This document shows positions 21,209 through 29,404 of a stretch of DNA of 64,000 bases, in pieces. The notes beneath the pieces were generated by a model. That model was not told the origin of the DNA. It searched no databases and saw only the letters and a program-made list of their open reading frames with translations. Positions within the stretch are counted from its first letter, which is position 1. Each line of letters begins with the position of its first letter. A program made the translations under genes and the position numbers. This stretch comes from Thermoanaerobaculia bacterium (GTDB lineage Bacteria > Acidobacteriota > Thermoanaerobaculia > Multivoradales > Multivoraceae), in assembly GCA_963666565.1 (NCBI GenBank), contig OY762911.1, forward strand, positions 3,712,001 to 3,776,000. The letters run 5' to 3'.

Positions 21209-21248
21209 CCCTTCCCCCTGTCTCTACTGCACTTGAGAAAGACGAAGC

Positions 21249-22277
21249 CTATCGCTCCAGGGCTGCAGGCCGCGCCTCGACGAGCAGCGGCCACAGGCCG
21301 GCCCCGCCGGAACGAATCGCCATCTCGCCGACCCGCTGCTGCCAGTAGCCCTCGTCCCCGTCGGCGTCCCGCCAGGCCCAGAGCCGGCGGGTGAAACGGT
21401 GCAGGTCGTGCTCGCGCGTGTAGCCGATCGCGCCGTGGAGCTGGTGCGCGATGCGCGTGACCTCGTAGCAGGCCTCGCTGGCGCGGGCCTTGGCGCAGGC
21501 CGCCATGAAGGTGGCGCCGCCACCGTCTTCGGAGAGCGCCGCATCGACGGCGGCGATCGCCGTGTCCGCCGCGACGCCGACCGCGGCGGTGTGGCTCGCC
21601 ATCACCGCGACGAGTTGCTGCACGGCCTGGAAGCGGGCCAGCGGCCGCCCGAACTGGACCCGTCCCTGAACGTGTTCGATCGTCAGATCGAGGATGCGCT
21701 CCATGGCGCCGGCGATCATCGCGCTGCGGGCGACGGCCACCAGGTCGGAGGGAGAGCGTTCCGAGCGCAGGCCGCCCGACTGTCCCGGCGGGATCGACGG
21801 TGGCTCCCGCAACCGCCCGACCGGTTCACCGGCACTGTTCGCGTCGCGCTCGAACTCGAGTTCGCCGGCGGCGACCCAGCCGACGCCGCCCGTAGCGCCC
21901 GACACCACCAGCGCCGAGATGTTGTCCGGCCAGGGCACCTCGAGTCGGCCCGCCGCGGTCACCATTCCCAATGGACCCGCGGGCGCCTCGAGGCCGGCGC
22001 CCGAGAGCAGCCATCGGCCGATCATCGTTTCGACAAGGGGCAACGGCAACGCAAAGCCGGCTGCCGTCCGCGCCACCGCCATCGCGTCCCCGAAGTCGAC
22101 TCCGGCGCCACCGGCCTCTTCAGGCAGCAGCATGTCGACTAGGCCGTTCTCCTCGATCGCCCGCCAATGGCTCTCCGGGAAGCGACCTTCCTCGACCGCT
22201 TCGAAGACTCCGTCCTCCGACGCCGCCTCGAACAGGCGCACCGCCGTGTCCAGGAGGAGCTGCCTCACCTCGCTCAT
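21249..22277 (-). CDS. Acyl-CoA dehydrogenase, short partner subunit
   Basis: Starts MSEVRQLL with ATGA overlap. RVQFGRPLARFQAVQQ and HQLHGAIGYTREHDL. Confidence 0.87.
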   Translation of the reverse strand: MSEVRQLLLDTAVRLFEAASEDGVFEAVEEGRFPESHWRAIEENGLVDMLLPEEAGGAGVDFGDAMAVARTAAGFALPLPLVETMIGRWLLSGAGLEAPAGPLGMVTAAGRLEVPWPDNISALVVSGATGGVGWVAAGELEFERDANSAGEPVGRLREPPSIPPGQSGGLRSERSPSDLVAVARSAMIAGAMERILDLTIEHVQGRVQFGRPLARFQAVQQLVAVMASHTAAVGVAADTAIAAVDAALSEDGGGATFMAACAKARASEACYEVTRIAHQLHGAIGYTREHDLHRFTRRLWAWRDADGDEGYWQQRVGEMAIRSGGAGLWPLLVEARPAALER

Positions 22278-23431
22278 CGCAGCCTCAGTCCCCGGGCGAC
22301 GATGCCGCGGAGGATCTCCGTCGCGCCGCCCTGGATCGTGTACGAGGGAGCGGCCAGGGTGACCTGGTGCAGGATGTCGAGAACCGCCCGGTCGGAAACT
22401 CCTTCGTCGGCCACGACGCGGCGGACGATCTCCGGTACTTCCTGCTGGAAGTTCGTGCCCAGGTCTTTGACCAGGGCCGACTCCACGTTCGGCGTCTCCC
22501 CGGCCTCGAGCGCAGCGGCAACCGAGACCGAGGCGGCGCGCAGCGCCCAGAGACGGCTGACGAGCAGCCCGACCTCGCGCCGCGCCGCCGGCGACGAGTC
22601 CGCGTTCAGCGCGTCGACCAGTGCGCGCAGCAGGTGGAAGTTGGTCAGGAAGCGCTCCGGCCCGCTTCGCTCGTAGGCCAGTTCCGACGTCACCTGCGCC
22701 CAACCGTCGCCCGGATTGCCGAGCAGGCAGTCGTCCGGCACGAACGCGTCCTCGAAGAAGACCTCGTTGAAGTCGTGGCGGCCCGGGAGGTCGATGATGG
22801 GCCGCACCGTGATCCCGTCCGCGTTCTTCAGATCGATGATGACCTGGCTCATACCGGCGTGCCGCTTGTCCGACTTCGGTTCCGTGCGCACCAGGGCGAC
22901 GCAGTACTCGGCCTCGTGCGCGTAGGAGGTCCAGATCTTCGAGCCGTTGAGACGCCAGCCGCCGTCCGCGCGCTCGGCCCGGGTGCGGATCGAGGCCAGG
23001 TCGGAACCGGAGTCAGGCTCGCTCATGCCGACCGCGAAGGAGATCTCGCCCCGAGTGATCGGCGGCAGGAAGCGCCGCTTCTGCTCCTCCGTGCCGTAGC
23101 GCAGGATGCTCGGGCCGATCTGGCGGTCGGCGAACCAGTGGAACGCCGTCGGCGCGCAGGCCGCCAGCAACTCCTCGGTGACCACGTAGCGCTCCAGGTA
23201 GCTCCGTTCGGCGCCGCCGTACTGCCGCGGCCAGGTCATGCCGATGAACCCGGCCTCGCCGAGCGCGCGGCTGAGCGCCGGGTTGCGGCCCCACCAGGAG
23301 AGCCCGTCGGCCGACCAGACGCCTGCTGCGCGGGTCCGCTCCAGCAGGTCCCGGACGCCGGCGCGGAGATCCCCCGCCGTCTCCGGCAGGACCGCGGGCG
23401 CGAAGCGGAGATGAATGGCGGGGGCCTTCAC
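22274..23431 (-). CDS. Acyl-CoA dehydrogenase
   Basis: GMSEPDSGSDLAS, LNGSKIWTS, FNEVFF, ELAYERSG, TIQGGATEILR. Confidence 0.92.
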   Translation of the reverse strand: MKAPAIHLRFAPAVLPETAGDLRAGVRDLLERTRAAGVWSADGLSWWGRNPALSRALGEAGFIGMTWPRQYGGAERSYLERYVVTEELLAACAPTAFHWFADRQIGPSILRYGTEEQKRRFLPPITRGEISFAVGMSEPDSGSDLASIRTRAERADGGWRLNGSKIWTSYAHEAEYCVALVRTEPKSDKRHAGMSQVIIDLKNADGITVRPIIDLPGRHDFNEVFFEDAFVPDDCLLGNPGDGWAQVTSELAYERSGPERFLTNFHLLRALVDALNADSSPAARREVGLLVSRLWALRAASVSVAAALEAGETPNVESALVKDLGTNFQQEVPEIVRRVVADEGVSDRAVLDILHQVTLAAPSYTIQGGATEILRGIVARGLRLR

Positions 23432-23541
23432 GAGCTAAGCGGCAGCGTACCAACCCGCTCGGGCAAGGTATCGTCAACGGAGCCTATCGCGCATCGCGCA
23501 TCCGGTTCGGGGAAGAGCAAAGGGAATAGGATGCCGCAGCG

Positions 23542-25113
23542 ATGACCAAGACCAGAAAACGAAGCCGCTTCCTCGCCTTCCTGAAGTGGACCGGCATCTC
23601 CGTGGCCGCGCTCGCCGGCTTGGGGCTGGTGCTGAACCTGACGACGGGGATGCACCTTCAGATCACGGGCGGCTTGATGCCGCAACTCGACTTTCATCAC
23701 GAGGGCCGCCACTACCGGGCCATCGAGGCGCACCGTGAACAGAGCGCGGATCTCGCTCCCGCTGCCAGTCCCGCACCGCTCGAGCCAGTGGCGGGGGAGA
23801 CCGGGGATGGAGCCGTTCTCGAAGCCGAACCGCCTCAGACCCCCGAACCCGGGGTGGTCGCCGACCCGAACGACGCTCCGACTGACACGGAAGCTCCGAC
23901 CTTGGCGGAAGCGGATCCGGAGCCCGACTCGCCCACCGCGGCACCGTCGCCCGACTCGTGGCCCTACTACCGCGGCCTCCACATGGACGGCCGTTACCCG
24001 GGGCCGGTCAACACGGCCTGGCCGAACGGTGGACCGCCGGAACTCTGGCGCGCCCCCGTCGGCGGCGGCTACGCATCTTTCGTCGTCGGCGACGGTCTCG
24101 CGTACACGATCGAGCAGCGGCGGGAACAGGAAGTCGTCGCCGCCTATGACCTGCTGACCGGCACGGAACGCTGGAACGAGAGTTGGGACGCCCGTTTCGA
24201 GGAGAGCATGGGCGGCGACGGACCACGCGCCACGCCGGCCCTGTATGGCGGCACCCTGGCAGCGCTCGGCGCCACCGGCGAACTGCAGGTGCTCGATGCC
24301 GCGACGGGCGATTCGATCTGGCGCACGAACATCCTCGAGGACTCGGGCGCCGCGAACCTGACCTGGGGCATGGCCGCGTCACCGGCGATTCTGGACGGAG
24401 CCGTCCTCACCGCGCCCGGTGGCCCCAACGGCGCCGTGATCGCCTACGAGCTCGAAACCGGCGCGATTCGCTGGCGGGCTCTCGACGCCCAGGGCGCCTA
24501 CACCGCGCCGGCCGTCTTCACGCTGGACGGCCTCTCCCAGATCGTCCTGATCGGCGCCGACCAGGTCGTGGCGCTCGCTACCGACGGCAGCGACACGTAC
24601 TGGAGCCGGCCCTGGGCAACGATGAACGGCATCAACGCCGCGCAGCCGCTCCAGGTGGCGCCGAACCGCATCTTCGTGTCGTCCGGCTACGGCCACGGCG
24701 CCGCGGTGCTCGAAGTCGACGCCGACCTCGAAGCGAACACCGCGTCGGTCAGCGAAATCTGGTTCAACAACCGGATGAAGAACACCTTCTCGACCTCCGT
24801 GTTCCACGACGGCTACGTCTACGGGCTGGACAATGGCATCCTGGCCTGCGTCGACGCCGAAACCGGCGACCGCATGTGGAAGGGCGGCCGCTACGGCCAC
24901 GGCCAGCTTCTGCTCGCCTCAGGCCACCTGCTGATCACCACGGAGCGAGGTCAGCTCGTCCTGGTGCGCGCCACGCCCGAAAGCTACCAGGAAGTTGCCG
25001 CGCTGCCAGCCGTCTCGGGCCGCACCTGGAACAACCCCGCGATCGCCGAAGGCATCCTGCTGGTGCGCAACGACCGCGAAGCCGTGGCCTTCGACCTGCG
25101 GCCGCGGACGTAG
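23542..25113 (+). CDS. Membrane-anchored PQQ-like (BamB-type) beta-propeller protein
   Basis: N-terminal TM helix, Pro/Glu linker, WPYYRG, GPRATP and repeated DA.TG...W blades. Confidence 0.85.
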   Translation: MTKTRKRSRFLAFLKWTGISVAALAGLGLVLNLTTGMHLQITGGLMPQLDFHHEGRHYRAIEAHREQSADLAPAASPAPLEPVAGETGDGAVLEAEPPQTPEPGVVADPNDAPTDTEAPTLAEADPEPDSPTAAPSPDSWPYYRGLHMDGRYPGPVNTAWPNGGPPELWRAPVGGGYASFVVGDGLAYTIEQRREQEVVAAYDLLTGTERWNESWDARFEESMGGDGPRATPALYGGTLAALGATGELQVLDAATGDSIWRTNILEDSGAANLTWGMAASPAILDGAVLTAPGGPNGAVIAYELETGAIRWRALDAQGAYTAPAVFTLDGLSQIVLIGADQVVALATDGSDTYWSRPWATMNGINAAQPLQVAPNRIFVSSGYGHGAAVLEVDADLEANTASVSEIWFNNRMKNTFSTSVFHDGYVYGLDNGILACVDAETGDRMWKGGRYGHGQLLLASGHLLITTERGQLVLVRATPESYQEVAALPAVSGRTWNNPAIAEGILLVRNDREAVAFDLRPRT

Positions 25114-25151
25114 CGGCTTCGCAAACGCGCCCGCTGGCGGAGGAACGCCGG

Positions 25152-25281
25152 CCGTCTCGCCCGCTGGGTCGTGTCCGTTTCGCCCGCTGGACTTTGTCCG
25201 TTTCGCCCGCTGGACTTTGTCCGTTTCACCCGCTAGATTTTGTCCGTTTCACCCGCTGGACTTTGTCCGTTTCACCCGCTG
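25152..25281 (+). repeat. 23-bp head-to-tail tandem array (5 full copies plus 1 partial)
   Basis: Unit CCGTTTC(A/G)CCCGCTGGACTTTGT starting at 25152 (degenerate), 25175, 25198, 25221, 25244 and 25267 (partial). No spacers. Confidence 0.95.
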
Positions 25282-25291
25282 AGCTCGTTCG

Positions 25292-26551
25292 ATGCCCTAC
25301 CTTCCAAGGATTGTCGAGATGGAACTCGACGAGTGCCTGGCCGCCGCCGGCGCCGTGGTCATGGAAGGCCCCAAAGCCTGCGGCAAGACCGCCACCGCCA
25401 GACAGAAGGCCGCGAGCGAGGTTCTTCTCGATGTCGATCGCAACGCGCGGAGGCTCGCAAGCGTCGATCCCGCCACCGCGCTCGCCGGCGCAACGCCGCG
25501 GTTGATCGACGAGTGGCAACTCGAACCAGCGATCTGGAACCACGTTCGACGCGCGGTCGACGACCGGGCCGACTCCGGCCAGTTCATTCTCACCGGCTCC
25601 GCCGTACCCGCCGACGACGTGACGCGGCATTCAGGGGCCGGGCGCTTCGCCCGCATCCGCATGCGGCCTCTGTCGCTCTTCGAGTCCGGGCACTCCACCG
25701 GCGAAATCTCTCTCGCCGAGCTGCTCGACGGCTCGCCCCAGGGCGCCGAGGCATCCTCGCTCAGCGTTCCGCAACTCGCCGAACTCGTGGCCACCGGAGG
25801 TTGGCCGGCCAACCACGGCCGGCCCTTGCGCCAGACCCTGCGCTCGAACCGGGACTACCTGAACGAGATACGCCGCACGGACATCTCCAGAGTCGCCGAA
25901 CGCCGGACCGACCCGATTCGGGTCGGCCGGCTCCTGCGCTCGCTCGCCCGGAACACGGCGACCGAGGTCGCGCTCTCCAGGCTGGTCGCCGACGCGGACA
26001 CCAGCCAGATCACCATGAAGCCCGAGACCGCCGCGGGCTACCTGGACGCGCTGGAACACCTCATGGTCGTCGAGAATCAGCCGGCCTGGTCGCCGCACCT
26101 GCGCTCGCGCGCGATCCTTCGGGAAGCCCCCAAACGCCACTTCGTCGATCCGTCGCTGGCCGTCGCCGCACTCAGGGCTACGCCGAAGCGCCTGCTGGGC
26201 GACCTGCGCTTCCTGGGCCTGCTGTTCGAGTCGCTCGTCGTCCGCGACCTCAGGATCTACGCGCAAGCCAACGACGCGGAGGTCTTCCACTACCGCGAGA
26301 AAGGCGGCCTGGAAGTCGACGCGGTCGTCGAGGCCGCCGACGGCCGCTGGGCCGCGTTCGAGATCAAGCTCGGCCAACGCGGCGTCGACGAAGGCGCGAA
26401 GAACCTGCGCCGCCTGGCCCAGCGGGCGCCGCGGGCCATGAGAGACGCGCCGAGCGAGCCCTCGGCCCTCGCGGTCATCGTGCCGAACGGCTACGGCTTT
26501 GCCGGGAACGACGACGTGGGCGTCATTCCGGTCGGCGCGCTGGGGCCGTAG
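25292..26551 (+). CDS. AAA+ ATPase (AAA_14) with C-terminal DUF4143 PD-(D/E)XK-like domain
   Basis: Walker A GPKACGKT, Walker B LIDEWQ, FILTGS, HSGAGR, GGWP, PKRHFVDP, LFE...HYR...EVDAVVE...FEIKLG. Confidence 0.9.
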   Translation: MPYLPRIVEMELDECLAAAGAVVMEGPKACGKTATARQKAASEVLLDVDRNARRLASVDPATALAGATPRLIDEWQLEPAIWNHVRRAVDDRADSGQFILTGSAVPADDVTRHSGAGRFARIRMRPLSLFESGHSTGEISLAELLDGSPQGAEASSLSVPQLAELVATGGWPANHGRPLRQTLRSNRDYLNEIRRTDISRVAERRTDPIRVGRLLRSLARNTATEVALSRLVADADTSQITMKPETAAGYLDALEHLMVVENQPAWSPHLRSRAILREAPKRHFVDPSLAVAALRATPKRLLGDLRFLGLLFESLVVRDLRIYAQANDAEVFHYREKGGLEVDAVVEAADGRWAAFEIKLGQRGVDEGAKNLRRLAQRAPRAMRDAPSEPSALAVIVPNGYGFAGNDDVGVIPVGALGP

Positions 26552-26603
26552 GCACCGCGGCGCCGGACTGACGGCCGGCACGTCTGGCTGGCCGCCTGCG
26601 GCG

Positions 26604-26627
26604 GCCAACCGGAAGGCTGGCGCACCC
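26604..26627 (-). repeat. REP-like element, variant C
   Basis: Minus strand reads GGGTGC-GCCAGCC-TTCC-GGTTGGC, adjoining a GCCGCC-N3-GGCGGC hairpin. Confidence 0.6.
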
Positions 26628-26655
26628 ACAGCCGGATGGGACTACCGCTGTCGGC

Positions 26656-27132
26656 TCAAGGGATCTCGACGACCAGATACTCGCCCTCGCGAGTGACCGG
26701 ATAGGTCTCGGCCGTGTACGGGCCCTTGACCATGCCGGGGACCGGGGCATCAGGATCGTCCGCCGGTTCCGCGCCGGCATCGGCAACCCCGGCGATCTCC
26801 TCGCCGGGGACGGTCTCGACCTCGTAGCGTCTCACTCTGAGCCGCTCGGGCGCGCACCAGGACTGTCCGGTGCGGACGTGGAACTCCCAGCCGTGCCAGG
26901 GGCAGCAGAGGATCTCCCGGCTCGGGCGGTACTCGAACTCTCCGGGGGCGTCGGAGCGGATCACGCCCCAGAGCTTGCCCTCGCAGAGCTTCCCGCCCTG
27001 GTGCGGGCAGCGGTTGCGGAGCGCGAAGAACTCGCCGTCCAGGTTGAAGACGCCGACCGAGCGCCCGGCGACGGTGACGATCTTGCGCTCGCCCGCCTCG
27101 ATCTCGGACGCCTCGGCGACGACGTACTTCAT
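26656..27132 (-). CDS. Rieske (2Fe-2S) ferredoxin-type protein
   Basis: Start MKYVVAEASE at 27132; CPHQG and CPWHGWEF motifs. Confidence 0.9.
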   Translation of the reverse strand: MKYVVAEASEIEAGERKIVTVAGRSVGVFNLDGEFFALRNRCPHQGGKLCEGKLWGVIRSDAPGEFEYRPSREILCCPWHGWEFHVRTGQSWCAPERLRVRRYEVETVPGEEIAGVADAGAEPADDPDAPVPGMVKGPYTAETYPVTREGEYLVVEIP

Positions 27133-27253
27133 GGGTGCATCGCCTGCGCCGAGGTCGAGTCGGGCAACGGCGCCGCCACGGCAGGACTCCAACGGGCCGA
27201 CGCTTCGCACCGGATGCCGGCCGCAGGGCCGGCCCACCCGGTTTCCGCCGGGT

Positions 27254-28369
27254 TCACCCCTGGAGCCCGTAGAGGGCCCGGGCGTTCTCGCACTGGATGG
27301 CCTTGACGAATTCCTCGTCGAGCCCCGAGGGCAGGACCACATCGGGGTTGTCGCCGTCCCAGTGCGGATAGTCGCTGGCCAGCAGGATGTGGCTCCGCAG
27401 GTCGCCGAAGTGCTCCATCAGGGCCAGGAAGTCCTGGCGCCTCGGCGGCTCCTCGATCGGCTGGGTCGTCACGTAGACGTGCTCGGCGATCACCTCGGAC
27501 GGCAGCCGCTTGAGGTGCGGCGCCTCGTCGCGCAGGAGGCTCCAAGCCGAGTCGAGACGCCACATCAGCGGCGGCAGCCAGGCGAAGCCGTTCTCGACCG
27601 AGATCATCCGCAGGCTCGGGAAGCGGTCGAACACGCCTTCCGCGACCATGCTCGTGATGTTCGCCTGCACGGCCTGGGGCGGGCTCGTGTGATCCTCGAT
27701 GTAGTAGGAGGCGTGACCGCCGCCGGTGATCGGATGGCCGTAGGCGCCGAACGCATGGGACGCGACGTGCATCCCCGTCTCGACGCAGGCATCGTAGATC
27801 GGCCAGTACCTGCGGCGGCCCATCGGTTCCTGCATCCGGCCCATGAACAGCACCTGGGCGAAGCGCCCGTCGGCGCCGCAGCGCCGGATCTCCGCGGCCG
27901 CGGCAACCGGGTCCTGCGGAGTGACGACGACGGAGGCCCGCAGCCGGGGCTCCGGATCGAGCCACTCGGCGATCTGCCAGTCGTTGGCGGCGGTGGCAAG
28001 CGCCGCGCCGAGGTCCAGGTCGAGCGCCGAACTGACCGGCGACAGCGGGTTCAGGATGGCGTACTCGACGTTGTACGGATCGAGAAAGTCCTCCGCGGCG
28101 AAGCCGACTTCCGAACCGGGGGTGCGCCCCGACGGCGGCCGCGCCGCCTCGCGGTGATCCATGAAGCGCGGGTAGTAGCCGCTGTTCGGATGGCGGATGC
28201 CGAACGTCTCCAGGTGGTCGCGCCAGCGCTTGGAGAGATACGGATACAGATCCTTGATCGAGTCGAGCTCGTTGTGGAAGTCGCAATCGATGATCGGCGG
28301 CCGTTCGGGCTCGGCCCCGGCCTTCAGCACCGAGGGTTCGGTCGACGGATCGAGCAGGGTGACTGTCAT
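27254..28369 (-). CDS. Amidohydrolase_2 family metal-dependent hydrolase/decarboxylase
   Basis: IIDCDFH, EGVFDRFPSLR..SVENG, TTQPIEEP, ASDYPHWD. Confidence 0.9.
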   Translation of the reverse strand: MTVTLLDPSTEPSVLKAGAEPERPPIIDCDFHNELDSIKDLYPYLSKRWRDHLETFGIRHPNSGYYPRFMDHREAARPPSGRTPGSEVGFAAEDFLDPYNVEYAILNPLSPVSSALDLDLGAALATAANDWQIAEWLDPEPRLRASVVVTPQDPVAAAAEIRRCGADGRFAQVLFMGRMQEPMGRRRYWPIYDACVETGMHVASHAFGAYGHPITGGGHASYYIEDHTSPPQAVQANITSMVAEGVFDRFPSLRMISVENGFAWLPPLMWRLDSAWSLLRDEAPHLKRLPSEVIAEHVYVTTQPIEEPPRRQDFLALMEHFGDLRSHILLASDYPHWDGDNPDVVLPSGLDEEFVKAIQCENARALYGLQG

Positions 28370-28371
28370 GG

Positions 28372-29388
28372 CTACCCTCCTTCGGAAAGACGGTAGAAGC
28401 TGCGCGCGTTCTCGGACCTGATCTTACGCCCTAACGACTCCGGCAGCAGCCGAAGCAGGAGATCGCCGGCGTCGCAGGCGTGAACGTGGGGATAGTCGCT
28501 GGCGTAGAGGAGCAGGTCCTCCGAGCCGAGCTGGTCGACGATCTCGCACAGGTGCGCCGGGTCGGGCGGCGCATCGAGTGGCTGGATGCCGACCCGGACG
28601 TGCTCGCGGAAGTAGTCGGAGGGCGGACGGCGCACCCAGGGCACCAGCCGCCTCAGATTCCGCCACTCCTTGTCCATGCGCCAGAGATGAGACGGGATCC
28701 AGGTGAAGCCGGATTCCAGGAACACGACCCGCAAACCGGGGCATGTGTCGAACACCCCTTCGACAATCATGCTGGTGAGCTGGGTCGCGAACACCTGCGC
28801 CATCGCCGTGTACTCCTCCAGGAAGAACGACGGCCAGCCGGTGGGTGTCGGCGGCATGACGGGCGCGCCACCGAAGTGGATCGCCGCAACCAGGCCGCTC
28901 TGCTCGATCGCCTTCCACAGGGCGTGGTAGTGGCGGCTTCCGAGCGGGTGCTCGGTGCGCACCGGAATCAGAACCTGGACGAAGCCGGGCCTGCCGGCGC
29001 AACGCTCGACTTCCTCGACCGCGGCGGCCGGCAACCCGATCGGCACGACGACGGAGCCCCGCAGTCGGGGTTCGCGTTCCAGCCACTCCCGGGCCTGCCA
29101 GTCGTTCGTCGCCGTGGCCAGCGCTGCGGCAACGTCCGGGTTGTGGATGCTGTCGACTGCGTAGAGACAACTCGAGATCGCCACATCCGCGCCGCCCCCT
29201 TCAAAGACAGCCTCGCGGAGTTCACCAAGCCCGCCGCGCTCGCCGGCGACGGGTGACCTCGGTGGGTAGTACTCCTGTGAGGCGCCCTTGTCCATCGTGT
29301 TTTCGAAGTGCTCGACCCAGTGCTCCGGCAGCAGGGGATAGAGGTCACGAAGGCGGGGATTCGGGATGTGGACGTCGGCGTCGATCAT
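28372..29388 (-). CDS. Amidohydrolase_2 family protein (paralogue)
   Basis: IDADVH, EGVFD.CP.LRVVFLESG, YASDYPH. Confidence 0.9.
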   Translation of the reverse strand: MIDADVHIPNPRLRDLYPLLPEHWVEHFENTMDKGASQEYYPPRSPVAGERGGLGELREAVFEGGGADVAISSCLYAVDSIHNPDVAAALATATNDWQAREWLEREPRLRGSVVVPIGLPAAAVEEVERCAGRPGFVQVLIPVRTEHPLGSRHYHALWKAIEQSGLVAAIHFGGAPVMPPTPTGWPSFFLEEYTAMAQVFATQLTSMIVEGVFDTCPGLRVVFLESGFTWIPSHLWRMDKEWRNLRRLVPWVRRPPSDYFREHVRVGIQPLDAPPDPAHLCEIVDQLGSEDLLLYASDYPHVHACDAGDLLLRLLPESLGRKIRSENARSFYRLSEGG

Positions 29389-29404
29389 GGCTTCGAGAGA
29401 AGGG

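Noticed and set aside
25152-25281. CRISPR array
   Set aside because: The repeats are contiguous with no unique spacers, and there are no cas genes in the window.
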